Positions 8,720-19,351 of a stretch of 47,803 nucleotides of DNA are shown here, in pieces. The notes beneath the pieces are model-generated. The model made no database searches and was not told the origin of the DNA. It saw nothing but the letters and a program-made list of their open reading frames with translations. The DNA comes from an uncultured Sulfurovum sp. (GTDB lineage: Bacteria; Campylobacterota; Campylobacteria; Campylobacterales; Sulfurovaceae). The position numbers and the translations under genes are program-made. Each line of letters starts with the position of its first letter. Positions within the stretch are counted from its first letter, which is position 1. The stretch covers positions 1 through 47,803 of the forward strand of contig CAZROY010000122.1 in the NCBI GenBank assembly GCA_964601885.1, in the 5' to 3' direction.

Positions 8720-10900
8720 TTATATAGAGTCAATAATACTATTTAGTGTTGCTGAAGGTCTCATGGCTTTTTGTGCCAACTCATCATTAGGATGGAAATA
8801 ACCACCAATATCTTGTGGTTTACCCTCTACTGCTAATAACTCTTCAATGATTTTTGTCTCATTATCTTTTAATGCTTGTGCAATAGGTGCAAATTTATCA
8901 GCTAACTCTTTATTACTTCCATTAGCAAGAGCTTCTGCCCAATATTGTGCTAAATAGAAATGACTAGCTTTGTTATCTGGCTCTCCACATTTTCTACTTG
9001 GTGCCTTATTATTATCAAGATAACTCTCGTTAGCTTTATCTAATGCATCTGTAAGAGCTGATAGTTTTTCATTAGAGTGTTTTTGACCAATAAATCTTAA
9101 ACTTTCGGCAAGTGCTAAAAATTCTCCAAGACTATCCCATCTTAAATGCCCCTCTTTTAGGAATTGATCAACATGTTTTGGAGCTGAACCTCCAGCACCT
9201 GTTTCATATAGTCCACCACCAGCAAGAAGTGGTACAATTGAGAGCATTTTAGCACTAGTTCCCAACTCTAAAATTGGATACATATCTGTTAAGTGGTCTC
9301 TTAAAACATTTCCGGTAACCGCAATTGTATTTTCACCTCTTCTAATTCTCTCATTTGTAAAGCGAGTAGCACTTGTTATATCCATAATCCTAATATCAAG
9401 ACCATCTGTATTAAATTCTGGAAGGTACTTTTCTACTTTTTTAATCATCTGAGCATCATGCGCTCTATTTTTATCTAACCAAAATACTACAGGATAACCT
9501 TCTATACGACCTCTCTCTACAGCTAATCTAATCCAATCTTTAATAGGAATATCTTTAGCTCTACTCATTCTCCAAATATCACCAGCTTCACACTCAAAAC
9601 TCATTAGCTCTGTGCCATCTTCAGCGGTTACTGTAACTTTACCGGCTTCAGATAGTTCAAATGTAGTTGGATGTGAACCATACTCTTCTGCTTTTTGAGC
9701 CATTAAACCAATATTTTGCATAGTTCCCATTGTGGTTACATCAAACTGCCCATTCTTAACACAATCTGCTACCATCTCCGCATGGAACATAGCATAAGTG
9801 CTATCTGGAATAACAGCTACACATTCAACTGCATCACCATTTCTATCCCACTGTTTACCACCTTCTCTAACCACTACAGGCATAGAAGCATCAATAATAA
9901 CATCATTTGAAGCATTAAAGTTGGTTTTACCTGCATCACTGTCCACCATTGCAATTTTTGGACTATCACTATCTACTACTGCTTGGAATGCTGATTTAAT
10001 CTCTGCCTCTTTCTCATGACCTGCTATTTTTTTCTCTAAATCACTCATACCAAGATTTGGATTAATATTAAGCTCTGCAAATAAATCTGCATATTTATCA
10101 AATACTTCTTGGAAAAATACTGTAAATGCGTGACCAAACATAATTGGGTCAGATATTTTCATCATAGTAGCTTTTAGATGAATTGACCAGATAACACCAT
10201 TTGCTTTTGCATCTTCTATTGATTGTTTAATAAATGATTTAAGTTTAGCAACAGACATAAATGTACCATCTAGCACCTCACCATCTAGTGCATCAATGGT
10301 TGTTAACTCCTTGCCATTTAAAGCAATAGTAACCTTTTGACCTTTTTCCATAGTAATTGATTTCTCATTACCATAAAAATCTCCATCTCCTGCCATGTGG
10401 GCAACATAGGCTTTTGAGTTCTCTGCAAATGGTTTTAATCTATGTGGGTTATTTTGTGCAAATTTTTTTACAGCCTTTGCTGCTCTTCTATCACTATTTC
10501 CTTCTCTAAGCACTGGATTAACAGCTGAACCTAAACAGGTGTTATACTTAGCTCTAATAGCTCTCTCTTCATCAGTTGTTGGATTTTCTGGAAAATTAGG
10601 AATATCATAACCTTGACTCTGAAGCTCTGCAATACAGTCTTTTAGCTGACCAATTGAAGCTGAAATATTTGGAAGTTTAATAATATTTCCATCTGGTTGT
10701 AAAACAACTTTTCCCAGTTTAGATAGATTATCCTCTGCTAAACCCATCGATGCAAGAACTCGTCCTGCTAGTGAAATATCAGAAGTTACAACTTCAACAC
10801 CTGCAGCTTTAGTAAAAGCATTTACTATCGGTAACAACGAATATGTTGCTAATGCTGGTGCTTCATCAATTTTTGACCATATAATCTTTGGTAATGACAT
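8720..10900 (-). CDS. icd: NADP-dependent isocitrate dehydrogenase, monomeric type
   Basis: DEAPALAT, KLPNISAS, GSAVNPVLREGNSDRRA, ETGAGGSAPKH and HLRWDSLGEF. Confidence 0.97.
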   Translation of the reverse strand: MSLPKIIWSKIDEAPALATYSLLPIVNAFTKAAGVEVVTSDISLAGRVLASMGLAEDNLSKLGKVVLQPDGNIIKLPNISASIGQLKDCIAELQSQGYDIPNFPENPTTDEERAIRAKYNTCLGSAVNPVLREGNSDRRAAKAVKKFAQNNPHRLKPFAENSKAYVAHMAGDGDFYGNEKSITMEKGQKVTIALNGKELTTIDALDGEVLDGTFMSVAKLKSFIKQSIEDAKANGVIWSIHLKATMMKISDPIMFGHAFTVFFQEVFDKYADLFAELNINPNLGMSDLEKKIAGHEKEAEIKSAFQAVVDSDSPKIAMVDSDAGKTNFNASNDVIIDASMPVVVREGGKQWDRNGDAVECVAVIPDSTYAMFHAEMVADCVKNGQFDVTTMGTMQNIGLMAQKAEEYGSHPTTFELSEAGKVTVTAEDGTELMSFECEAGDIWRMSRAKDIPIKDWIRLAVERGRIEGYPVVFWLDKNRAHDAQMIKKVEKYLPEFNTDGLDIRIMDITSATRFTNERIRRGENTIAVTGNVLRDHLTDMYPILELGTSAKMLSIVPLLAGGGLYETGAGGSAPKHVDQFLKEGHLRWDSLGEFLALAESLRFIGQKHSNEKLSALTDALDKANESYLDNNKAPSRKCGEPDNKASHFYLAQYWAEALANGSNKELADKFAPIAQALKDNETKIIEELLAVEGKPQDIGGYFHPNDELAQKAMRPSATLNSIIDSI

Positions 10901-11115
10901 ATATCAATCCTTATGTGTAGTTTAATAGCATGAGTGTATCAATTTTTTTTGAATATGAGAATTAAACTATCTTTTACTATTAGCTCTATTTTTTATCTGT
11001 TTCTTTATTACACAATGAAATAAATAATGAGGTAACAATTAGTAACCAAGTAATTTTATTTTTATTTATTACTCTGTTTGGATTTATGATATAATTAAAA
11101 TAAAAGGATTGATAG

Positions 11116-11634
11116 ATGCGTATAGTATTAATCATATTAGCTAGTTTTAGTCTGCTTTTTGCAGAGGGAGGATTATTAAAGATTGATTGGTCAAAAACAG
11201 ATAAAAATATACAGAAATTAAGAGTCCTACCAAAAAATCTTCAAGAGAAGATTAAAGATATAACTCTACCTGTGTATATGCCAAGATATTATGTTTATGA
11301 GAAAAACATCTCTATGGTAACAAATCCAAATTTCTATTTTATGACAATTTATTTAGATGATGCAAGAGTGATGGTTTCAGGAGATAGAACATATCAGAGA
11401 GAAATTCTATCTAAGGATAAAAAATTTAAACTTCAAATGAAATCTGCTTTAACAGATAAATTTGTTAGAGCAGAGGGAATTATGAGTATAGATTTTCAAC
11501 GAAATGGTCTTAATTACTCTTTATCTATAGAGTGTAATAGACCAAATAGTGATTTAAGGTGTAAAGATAGCTCATTTTTAAAAAAACTATATAATAGATT
11601 GGTGCTAATCAGTGATAGTAATTTTAGAAAATAA
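11116..11634 (+). CDS. Hypothetical exported protein
   Basis: RBS AAGGA, signal peptide MRIVLIILASFSLLFA and a C-terminal Cys pair. Confidence 0.7.
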   Translation: MRIVLIILASFSLLFAEGGLLKIDWSKTDKNIQKLRVLPKNLQEKIKDITLPVYMPRYYVYEKNISMVTNPNFYFMTIYLDDARVMVSGDRTYQREILSKDKKFKLQMKSALTDKFVRAEGIMSIDFQRNGLNYSLSIECNRPNSDLRCKDSSFLKKLYNRLVLISDSNFRK

Positions 11635-11745
11635 GTATTTTTTAATATAAATGTCAGCAGTCTAATTTTTTATTATTTTTCTTTATAAGTTCCATTTTAT
11701 AAAGATAAGATATAATAAAAAAATCATATTTAAGAAAAGATACGA

Positions 11746-13269
11746 ATGAGTAATATTTATTTTACATTTTTTTTATCTTTAGTATTAATTGGTACAGATT
11801 TTTTAGTAAATCTGTTTTATCCAAACTTTTATATATACTCATCAAAATTTACAATTCAAGAGATTATTATTACCATAGTGTTATCACTGTTAATATCATT
11901 TTTATCTAAAATAAATAGAGTTTTTTTTAGTCTATTATTGATACTTTTTAGTTTTAGTCAAGTTGTATTTTTTATATTTTTCCATAGTTATATTCAATAT
12001 TATCATATTCAACTTCTTTTTACAGAATATAGCGATATTATTGATGCTCTGAGTTTTGGATTAATATCTCATATTGTTATCATTATAATATTTATATTTT
12101 TGATTATAGTGTTTATTAATATGTATATAAATAGGAAATTTAAATTTCAAACCCATAAACAGATAAATAGATTTTTCTATATACTACTTATCTCTTTGCC
12201 TATTATGACAGCAATTAAACCCAAAATATTTTTAGTTACACCAATTCATTTTTCATATATCAATACAATATTCTCTTTATCCTTTGCAATCAAAGAGAAT
12301 TTAAAATTTAAAATAAAAGGAGATTTTAAAAGTTATATTATAGAAAGAAGTAATGAAGGAGAGCAAAATATTATAGTGATTATGGGAGAGAGTCTATCTT
12401 CTAAAAGAATGGGACTATTTGGATATAGGTTAACAAATCAATCAAATACACCAAATCTTGATAGGTTAAAAAATAATTTAAACTTTTTTTATGCACAAGC
12501 CATAAGTTCAGGAGTAAATACCCCTGTATCTATACTAAGCTTTTTTAATATAAAAAGAGAACCGGAAAATATGGAATTAATATATAGTGAAAAAACAAAT
12601 CTTTTAAAACTCGCTAAGGATAATGGATATAAAACTTTTTGGTTTTCTACACAAGAGGAAGGAAGTAGTATATCTACCATATTGAAATATGCTGAGACCA
12701 TAAAGGTTCGTAAAGATTATATAAAGCCTGTTTTTGATGATATGCTATTGGAGGATTTAAAAAAGATAGATTTTAGTAAAAAGAATTTTATAGTTTTACA
12801 CTTTAGAGCCAACCATTCACCATACGCAAAATATATAAGAGATGAGTTTAATAATATAGATTATAGTGATATGGATTATCACACATATAAAATAAGCAGT
12901 TATAATCAATCTATTCTTTATATTGATACTGTATTAAATGATATATTTAATTATCTTAAAGATAAAAAATTTACACTCTATTTCACTTCAGACCATGGGG
13001 AGAGATTAGGGTATGTAGATGATGATTTCAAATATGGTCACTCACAACTCAATTATGAGGTTGCAAAAGTACCATTCATTATCTATTCAGATAAAGAAAT
13101 TCAATTTACACATAAATTATATACCCATTATGAGATAGGAAAACTTATTGCTCGAAATATGGGATATAATATTATTAATCCAAATGATAATAATAAAACT
13201 TATTATATTAATGGAGTCAATATTAATGGAGAAGCTGGATTTCTAACTTTAGAGTATCATATTAAATAA
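11746..13269 (+). CDS. Phosphoethanolamine transferase / sulfatase-like membrane protein (EptA/CptA-like)
   Basis: About five N-terminal TM helices, IVIMGES, catalytic Thr region GVNTPVS, HFRANHSPY, YNQSILYID and TSDHGE. Confidence 0.8.
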   Translation: MSNIYFTFFLSLVLIGTDFLVNLFYPNFYIYSSKFTIQEIIITIVLSLLISFLSKINRVFFSLLLILFSFSQVVFFIFFHSYIQYYHIQLLFTEYSDIIDALSFGLISHIVIIIIFIFLIIVFINMYINRKFKFQTHKQINRFFYILLISLPIMTAIKPKIFLVTPIHFSYINTIFSLSFAIKENLKFKIKGDFKSYIIERSNEGEQNIIVIMGESLSSKRMGLFGYRLTNQSNTPNLDRLKNNLNFFYAQAISSGVNTPVSILSFFNIKREPENMELIYSEKTNLLKLAKDNGYKTFWFSTQEEGSSISTILKYAETIKVRKDYIKPVFDDMLLEDLKKIDFSKKNFIVLHFRANHSPYAKYIRDEFNNIDYSDMDYHTYKISSYNQSILYIDTVLNDIFNYLKDKKFTLYFTSDHGERLGYVDDDFKYGHSQLNYEVAKVPFIIYSDKEIQFTHKLYTHYEIGKLIARNMGYNIINPNDNNKTYYINGVNINGEAGFLTLEYHIK

Positions 13270-13284
13270 ACTGTTTTTTATCTA

Positions 13285-13313
13285 TTGACATTATATCGAA
13301 TTTTGTATATAAT
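13285..13313 (+). promoter_or_regulatory. Consensus sigma70 promoter TTGACA-N17-TATAAT upstream of pdxJ
   Basis: TTGACA at 13285-13290, 17-nt spacer, TATAAT at 13308-13313. Confidence 0.75.
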
Positions 13314-13321
13314 CAAACACA

Positions 13322-13384
13322 TTGGGAGTTTTTTGACATAATTCTAAATGCTAATATTGGAATTATGTGAGAAGTACCCCCCAA
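13322..13384 (+). other. Long imperfect hairpin in the pdxJ leader (candidate structured RNA)
   Basis: TTGGG/CCCAA outer stem and ACATAATTC/GAATTATGT inner stem. Confidence 0.5.
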
Positions 13385-13405
13385 GATAGTAAGGAATTGT
13401 AAATA

Positions 13406-14185
13406 ATGAAATTAGGTGTAAATATAGACCATATAGCAGTATTAAGAGAAGCTAGAAAAATAGCAGACCCAAATCCATTAGATGCCATAAGTATAGTAAA
13501 AAGAGCTGGAGCAGAGCAGATAACAATTCATTTAAGAGAGGATAGGAGACATATTAATGATATTGATGCTAAAAATATCATTAAATTTGCATCTATACCT
13601 GTGAATTTGGAGTGTGCTTTATCTAGTAATATTATAAATATAGTATGTGAGTTACGGCCTCATCGTGCCACTCTTGTACCTGAAAAGCGAGAAGAGGTGA
13701 CAACAGAAGGTGGATTGTATATTTTAGGGGAACAAAAACGGTTAAAAAAAGTTATAAAAAAACTTCATAAAAATGAAATAGAGGTTTCACTTTTTATTGA
13801 CCCAACAGTAGAGAATATAAATAGAGCAAAAGAGTTAGGGGTGGAATGGATAGAGTTTCATACTGGCAGATATGCCAATATTTATGCTATGCTTTTTGGA
13901 AATTTAATAAATACACCACACTCTATTTCTAAACTTGAACTGCCTCGTAAAGAGTTGTCCATTATGTTACAGGAAGAGATAGATACTTTAATTCTTCTTA
14001 GTTCTATGGCAAAAGATTTAAAACTAAAAGTTGCTAGTGGACATGGATTAAATTATGAAAATGTAAAGGAGATAGCAAAAATTTCAACAATAGATGAGTT
14101 AAATATTGGTCAAAGTATTGTAGCCCGTTCAGTATGGGTTGGGTTGGAAAAGGCAATTTTAGATATGAAAAAATTATTAAAATAA
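13406..14185 (+). CDS. pdxJ: Pyridoxine 5'-phosphate synthase
   Basis: LGVNIDHIAVLREAR, HLREDRRHI, TTEGG, GHGLNY and ELNIGQSI. Confidence 0.97.
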   Translation: MKLGVNIDHIAVLREARKIADPNPLDAISIVKRAGAEQITIHLREDRRHINDIDAKNIIKFASIPVNLECALSSNIINIVCELRPHRATLVPEKREEVTTEGGLYILGEQKRLKKVIKKLHKNEIEVSLFIDPTVENINRAKELGVEWIEFHTGRYANIYAMLFGNLINTPHSISKLELPRKELSIMLQEEIDTLILLSSMAKDLKLKVASGHGLNYENVKEIAKISTIDELNIGQSIVARSVWVGLEKAILDMKKLLK

Positions 14186-14208
14186 TCACATCAATTTTAG
14201 ATGTGATT
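14184..14208. terminator. Bidirectional terminator between convergent pdxJ and ctsF
   Basis: AATCACATC-N7-GATGTGATT flanked by A and T runs. Confidence 0.65.
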
Positions 14209-14213
14209 TTTAG

Positions 14214-15458
14214 TTATTTTACAGCTTTTCCTAAATCCCACATAGGCATGAAAATTCCAAGTGCCATAAGTAGAACCAATCCCGCAATAAAAAATAACAT
14301 AATAGGTTCAATATATGCTGCTAAATTATCAATCAGGTCTTGAAATCTACTATCATAATATCCGGTTACCTTACCCAACATCATATCAAGCTGTCCACTA
14401 CTTTCTCCTGCCCTTATCATTTGTAGAAGCATATTTTCAAACAGCTCTGTCTGTTCAAAAGCATCTGATAGAGATATACCTCTTGATATATTAACATTGA
14501 CCGTTAATAACTTCTGTTTAATATATAAATTCTCCACCATGTCAACAGCAGTCTCTAACGCTTCAGATACGGGAATACCAGCTCTTACTAGTTCTCCAAA
14601 AACTAGAGTATATTTGTGCATTGTTGCAAAAAATATAATTTTATGAATTAGATAAAATTTGGGGTGTACTAAAATTTTATCTACCTTATATTTAAAGTTG
14701 AGATTGCTTTTATATGTATGTATAAATATAAAGATGGTAATTCCTAAAAATGCTAATACATAGAGACCATAGTTATTTAATATATTCTCCAAAAATAGAA
14801 GTATCTGTGTTGGAATTGGTAATTCTGCTTTAAATTTTTCAAATATCTCTTTAAATTTTGGAACAACTACCATAATTAGAATGGTAAATGCCACACCCAT
14901 TGCTGCAAATGTAATAAGGGGCGTACGGATAGCCTTTTTAAACTTTTTAGTATTATCTCTAATAGATTCCAATATATCAGCCAATTTATGATATGCACCG
15001 GCTATGTTTCCCGTCTTTTCACCAAGATTTGTCATTGCAATAGCTACATGTCCAAACTCCTCTTTGAAAGGTTCTATTGAGTCGCCTATACCCTTTCCTG
15101 CATTAATATCATTACTAATGGTTGTATATATCTTTTTTAATCTCTCATTCTCTGTATTTTTTGCCACCTCATCAATTGAGTCATGAATAGATATACCGGC
15201 ATCTGTCATAACAGCTATCTGTCTAATAGATGAAATCTTATTTCCAATATCAATCTTTGATTTAAATGAGCCTTTTAAACTCTCCAACATATCACCTATT
15301 TTTGAACCTATATCAGGAGTGGTCTCTTCAGCCTTTAATATATTAAATCCGCTAAACTCCTGCTTTGCTATTCTAATTGCACTAATTTTACTTTTTGCTT
15401 TTATAACCTCTGCTGTCCTTTTACCCCTACGACTCATTGTAACTTTATAGTAATTCAT
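14214..15458 (-). CDS. ctsF: T2SS/T4P inner-membrane platform protein (GspF/PilC/MshG; CtsF)
   Basis: GEKTGNI, AGESSGQLD and IEPIML...IFMPMW motifs. Confidence 0.88.
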   Translation of the reverse strand: MNYYKVTMSRRGKRTAEVIKAKSKISAIRIAKQEFSGFNILKAEETTPDIGSKIGDMLESLKGSFKSKIDIGNKISSIRQIAVMTDAGISIHDSIDEVAKNTENERLKKIYTTISNDINAGKGIGDSIEPFKEEFGHVAIAMTNLGEKTGNIAGAYHKLADILESIRDNTKKFKKAIRTPLITFAAMGVAFTILIMVVVPKFKEIFEKFKAELPIPTQILLFLENILNNYGLYVLAFLGITIFIFIHTYKSNLNFKYKVDKILVHPKFYLIHKIIFFATMHKYTLVFGELVRAGIPVSEALETAVDMVENLYIKQKLLTVNVNISRGISLSDAFEQTELFENMLLQMIRAGESSGQLDMMLGKVTGYYDSRFQDLIDNLAAYIEPIMLFFIAGLVLLMALGIFMPMWDLGKAVK

Positions 15459-15461
15459 ATT

Positions 15462-17207
15462 TTACCTCGCAACTCTTAACACCTCTTCGAGTGAAGTTTT
15501 TCCTTTAAGAGCTTTATTGATACCATCTTGAAGCATAGTAATAAATCCCTCTTTATATGCTTGTTCTCTCATCTTTTCTTTTGATGCACCATTTGCTATC
15601 ATTGTTGACAACTCTTCTGATATTAAAAGAACCTCTGAAATCATCTCCCTTCCAATATATCCACTATTGTTACATACAGCACACCCTTTTCCTTTATAAA
15701 ATTTTGGGTTTGGTGGTAAATATGACTCTATCTCTTTTAAGTTATCTAAGTTAATATGTTCATCTTCCTCTTTACAAACATTGCATATTTTCCTAACAAG
15801 TCTCTGTCCTTGAATTCCAATAACAGCTCCTGCTAAAAGATAATCCTCTATACCCATATCTTGCATTCTATTAATTGCCGATATTGCATCATTTGTATGT
15901 AGTGTTGATAAGACTAAGTGTCCTGTAAGAGCGGCCTCTATTGCTATTCTTAGTGTCTCTTGGTCTCTTATCTCTCCAATCATAATTTTATCTGGGTCTT
16001 GTCTTAAGATTGAACGAAGAGCTGCCGCAAAGGTTAAACCTGTATTGGCACTTACTTGAACTTGCTGAATGCCACTCATTTGATACTCAACGGGGTCTTC
16101 AACAGTAATAATTTTATCTTTGACATCAATAATAGCATTTAATGCTCCATATAGTGTTGTAGTCTTTCCTGAACCTGTAGGACCTGTTACCAACATAATT
16201 CCATAAGGGGATTTAATACCTTTTGTAAATTTTTTATAGGCTATTGGGTTCATTCCTGCATCTTCTAATCTCACCAAAGCTTTAGATTTATCTAAAATTC
16301 TCATAACAATAGACTCACCAAATAGAGTTGGTAAGGTTGATACCCTAAAATCATATACACTTCCATTTACTATCTGTGTAAACCTTCCATCTTGAGGTTT
16401 TCTCTTCTCTGCAATATCAAGATTTGATAGAAGTTTAGTTCTTGATGCTAAAGGTCCAAATATGATTTTTTCCAATTTAAAATACTCTTGAAGCATACCG
16501 TCAACTCTATATCTTACAATACAGTTATGCTCTGTTGCCTCTATATGAATATCACTAGCTTTACTATCAATAGCTGTTTTTAATATGGTTTCGATAAGTT
16601 TTAAAACAGCAGGAGACTCTTTACTATCATCTGCTATCTCTGTAGCTCCATCTGTTAAATCATGTTTTATATCCTCTGAAAATTCATTAACCTCTTCATT
16701 TGTTTTAAGTTTTAGTAGCTCTTTCTGTATCATCTTCTCTTTGGCAATAACCACTTCCATAATTTTGCCACGGAAAAATCGCTCTATTGCACCTTTTGCC
16801 TCAAAATCGCTTGGATTGGCAAATGCTACTGTTACGATAGAGTCTTGAACATATAGAGGGAGAGCATTATATCTTAATAGCTGTTTTAGAGGTAATCTCT
16901 CTACTAGTTTATAATCTATATCTATATCATTTATCTCTACATATTTAATATCTAAATTGGAGGCTATTCTTTTTAAAATTCTTGTTGTATCTATTCCACT
17001 TATAGATTCTAAATCCTCCATCTCAATTGAGTGGAGTCTTAGCTCTCTTATAAGAGCCTCTTCCATCTTGACTACATTTATAATTTTTACTTTGATGAGG
17101 TTCTCAATATTAACTCTCTCTTCTCCATATTTTTTTATAAAAAGTTCTAATTTACTCCTATCAATAATACCACTATCTATTAATATATCTATAATTCTTT
17201 GTAACAT
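15462..17207 (-). CDS. ctsE: GspE/PilB assembly ATPase (CtsE)
   Basis: GPTGSGKTTT, TVEDPVE, LRQDPDKIMIGEIRD and a tetracysteine Zn motif. Confidence 0.92.
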   Translation of the reverse strand: MLQRIIDILIDSGIIDRSKLELFIKKYGEERVNIENLIKVKIINVVKMEEALIRELRLHSIEMEDLESISGIDTTRILKRIASNLDIKYVEINDIDIDYKLVERLPLKQLLRYNALPLYVQDSIVTVAFANPSDFEAKGAIERFFRGKIMEVVIAKEKMIQKELLKLKTNEEVNEFSEDIKHDLTDGATEIADDSKESPAVLKLIETILKTAIDSKASDIHIEATEHNCIVRYRVDGMLQEYFKLEKIIFGPLASRTKLLSNLDIAEKRKPQDGRFTQIVNGSVYDFRVSTLPTLFGESIVMRILDKSKALVRLEDAGMNPIAYKKFTKGIKSPYGIMLVTGPTGSGKTTTLYGALNAIIDVKDKIITVEDPVEYQMSGIQQVQVSANTGLTFAAALRSILRQDPDKIMIGEIRDQETLRIAIEAALTGHLVLSTLHTNDAISAINRMQDMGIEDYLLAGAVIGIQGQRLVRKICNVCKEEDEHINLDNLKEIESYLPPNPKFYKGKGCAVCNNSGYIGREMISEVLLISEELSTMIANGASKEKMREQAYKEGFITMLQDGINKALKGKTSLEEVLRVAR

Positions 17208-17215
17208 TTTCTCTC

Positions 17216-17761
17216 CTAATTGTATCTATATCGTTTTATGAATTTATTGTTTTTATAAATATCAAGTATCATATAGTTTTTTGTTGCCATTTTTTGAATG
17301 TATAATTGATACTCAATATCTCTATTGTTGCTATCTTGAAATATATAAATATCATCTTTTAAATGATACCTCTTGTGAACAAAGAGATTAAAAATTTTAG
17401 ATAATACAAAATTGGTTTTTGGAAGTTTTAACTTGCCCAATTCTTTTTTATCTAAAAGTGCTTGTTTAAGTAACTGTTTTTGGAGTAGAATTGTTCCAAA
17501 ATAACTACCATTTTCTCGTTGAGCTTTTCCATTTTTTAATTTAACCATCGGAGTTGCTATACGGTCAATCTTATTAGTTTCTAAACAGGAAAGACCATAA
17601 AGAGTTAAAAACTTTTCACTATCTCTATTTTTTTTTAAATATTTAAAACCATAATCACAACCTCTCTTATACTGTTGAGTCTCATATAGTTTATATAGAG
17701 TTGATAAGTTCGATGAGATTAAAGTTGAGATAAAAAGTGTACATAGAATAACTACTTTCAT
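17216..17761 (-). CDS. Hypothetical exported protein within the cts/Msh operon
   Basis: Signal peptide, TPR-like N-terminal helices with a Cys pair; start overlaps the upstream stop codon. Confidence 0.7.
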   Translation of the reverse strand: MKVVILCTLFISTLISSNLSTLYKLYETQQYKRGCDYGFKYLKKNRDSEKFLTLYGLSCLETNKIDRIATPMVKLKNGKAQRENGSYFGTILLQKQLLKQALLDKKELGKLKLPKTNFVLSKIFNLFVHKRYHLKDDIYIFQDSNNRDIEYQLYIQKMATKNYMILDIYKNNKFIKRYRYN

Positions 17762-18543
17762 TATATACTCTTTGAACTAATTTTTTCTATTAAAAGTTTA
17801 ACTTTTGGTGATTTTGTTTTGTTGTAATAGGCAATTAAAATTTTTAATGCCTCTTCTTGTTTTCCGAGTGCATTTTTTGATTTTGCAAAGAGTAACCAAC
17901 TCTCTTCTAGGTTATTATTTAAATTGTTTGCTTTTAATGCCCACTCTTCAGATTTTTTATAATCACCTGCTCTATAGTAGGCTTTTGCTATTAATATAGC
18001 CTCTCTTGGATTTCTATTTTTATGAAACTTCTCTTTCATTATCTCTATATAGTTGCTACTACTTGTTTTAAAATTTATCTTCTTCTTTTTATCCTTTAAA
18101 TTAGTAACCTTATTCTCTTTTAATTCATCTGGAGTTAAATAGTTGGATTTTTTCGCTTTGACCAATCTCTTTTTAACTCTTTTTCTCTTTGGAGTTACCT
18201 TTTTAACAGTTTTACTTTTAGCTGTCTCACTATCAATATCAACTATTGGAATAATAGGGGATAGAGAGACTATATTATCATCGCTCTTAACCTCAATATC
18301 TTTTTTAATTGGTGTTGGAAATGGAGCCAAACTTGTAACTGTAACATTTTTATCTTGTACCATTTTGACATCAGCTGTTGGTTTAATATTTTTTTCTCTA
18401 TCTATATTTAAATCCAACTTATATAAAATATAGTACCCTCCATAAATTAGTAAAACAACAATAGTTATAATAAATAATAATAAAAGATAACTCTTTGTTT
18501 TATATTTTAACCATCTTTTTTCAAGCTCTTTTGTATTAATCAT
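17761..18543 (-). CDS. Membrane-anchored TPR protein (CtsX/MshN-like)
   Basis: N-terminal TM, low-complexity linker, C-terminal TPRs (AKAYYRAGDYKKSEEWALKA); directly follows the CtsP-like ATPase. Confidence 0.65.
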   Translation of the reverse strand: MINTKELEKRWLKYKTKSYLLLLFIITIVVLLIYGGYYILYKLDLNIDREKNIKPTADVKMVQDKNVTVTSLAPFPTPIKKDIEVKSDDNIVSLSPIIPIVDIDSETAKSKTVKKVTPKRKRVKKRLVKAKKSNYLTPDELKENKVTNLKDKKKKINFKTSSSNYIEIMKEKFHKNRNPREAILIAKAYYRAGDYKKSEEWALKANNLNNNLEESWLLFAKSKNALGKQEEALKILIAYYNKTKSPKVKLLIEKISSKSI

Positions 18544-19351
18544 GTATATATCCTATCTTTATTGCTGCCATCTCTAAAATTTTTTTGGATAATTTTTTAC
18601 CCATTATTTTTTTTGGCTTATAGATGTCATAATACTCATAAATATTATAGATAACATATAAAAATTTATTTGTCTCTCTAAAATTTCCCTTTGTGTAGGT
18701 GTGAATAAATTTAATATCTTTTTGAGTAATCATATTAGCCACCTCAATATAACCTTTCTTTATTAATTTTTTTTGAATATAAACCTCTAAATCCTCCATA
18801 GACGCATTTTTAAGTTCTACAATCTCCCAAATGCGAGTTTTAAAATGCTCTTTTGCAATAATATCTTCATTTTCAGTTTTATGTAGAGTAATAACAAATT
18901 TCACCACTCTAGTATCTGATAAGAGTCTAATCTTCTCCATAAGTGCTTCACTATATAGTTGGCACTCATCAAGTAGAAATACAATCTCTCGCTTACCTTT
19001 TAACTGTTTACAATATTTTAAAAGACCATCAAAATTAACACGCATATTTTGAGGGATTGATTTTGATGATATAGACTCATATATGTTTTTTAGAAACTCT
19101 TTTTCACTAAGAATTGGAGCTTCAAAATAGTGAATTTCTCTACTAACTTTTAGATTATGGTAGAGTCTATTTAAAATCATACTCTTTCCAGTTCCCGGTT
19201 TTCCAAAGAGAAGTATCATCTTTAGAGGTTTATTTAAACTCTCCTCTAAAATTCGATAATTAAATATTGTACTCTCTAACTCAACAAAATTATCATTATC
19301 AACAGTATCTATAAAAATATTTTTTATATCACTATATTTACTTCGTCTCAT
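18536..19351 (-). CDS. ctsP: AAA ATPase, ExeA/MshM-like (CtsP)
   Basis: GKPGTGKS, VFLLDECQ and TKGNFRETNK; position in the operon. Confidence 0.78.
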   Translation of the reverse strand: MRRSKYSDIKNIFIDTVDNDNFVELESTIFNYRILEESLNKPLKMILLFGKPGTGKSMILNRLYHNLKVSREIHYFEAPILSEKEFLKNIYESISSKSIPQNMRVNFDGLLKYCKQLKGKREIVFLLDECQLYSEALMEKIRLLSDTRVVKFVITLHKTENEDIIAKEHFKTRIWEIVELKNASMEDLEVYIQKKLIKKGYIEVANMITQKDIKFIHTYTKGNFRETNKFLYVIYNIYEYYDIYKPKKIMGKKLSKKILEMAAIKIGYIHD

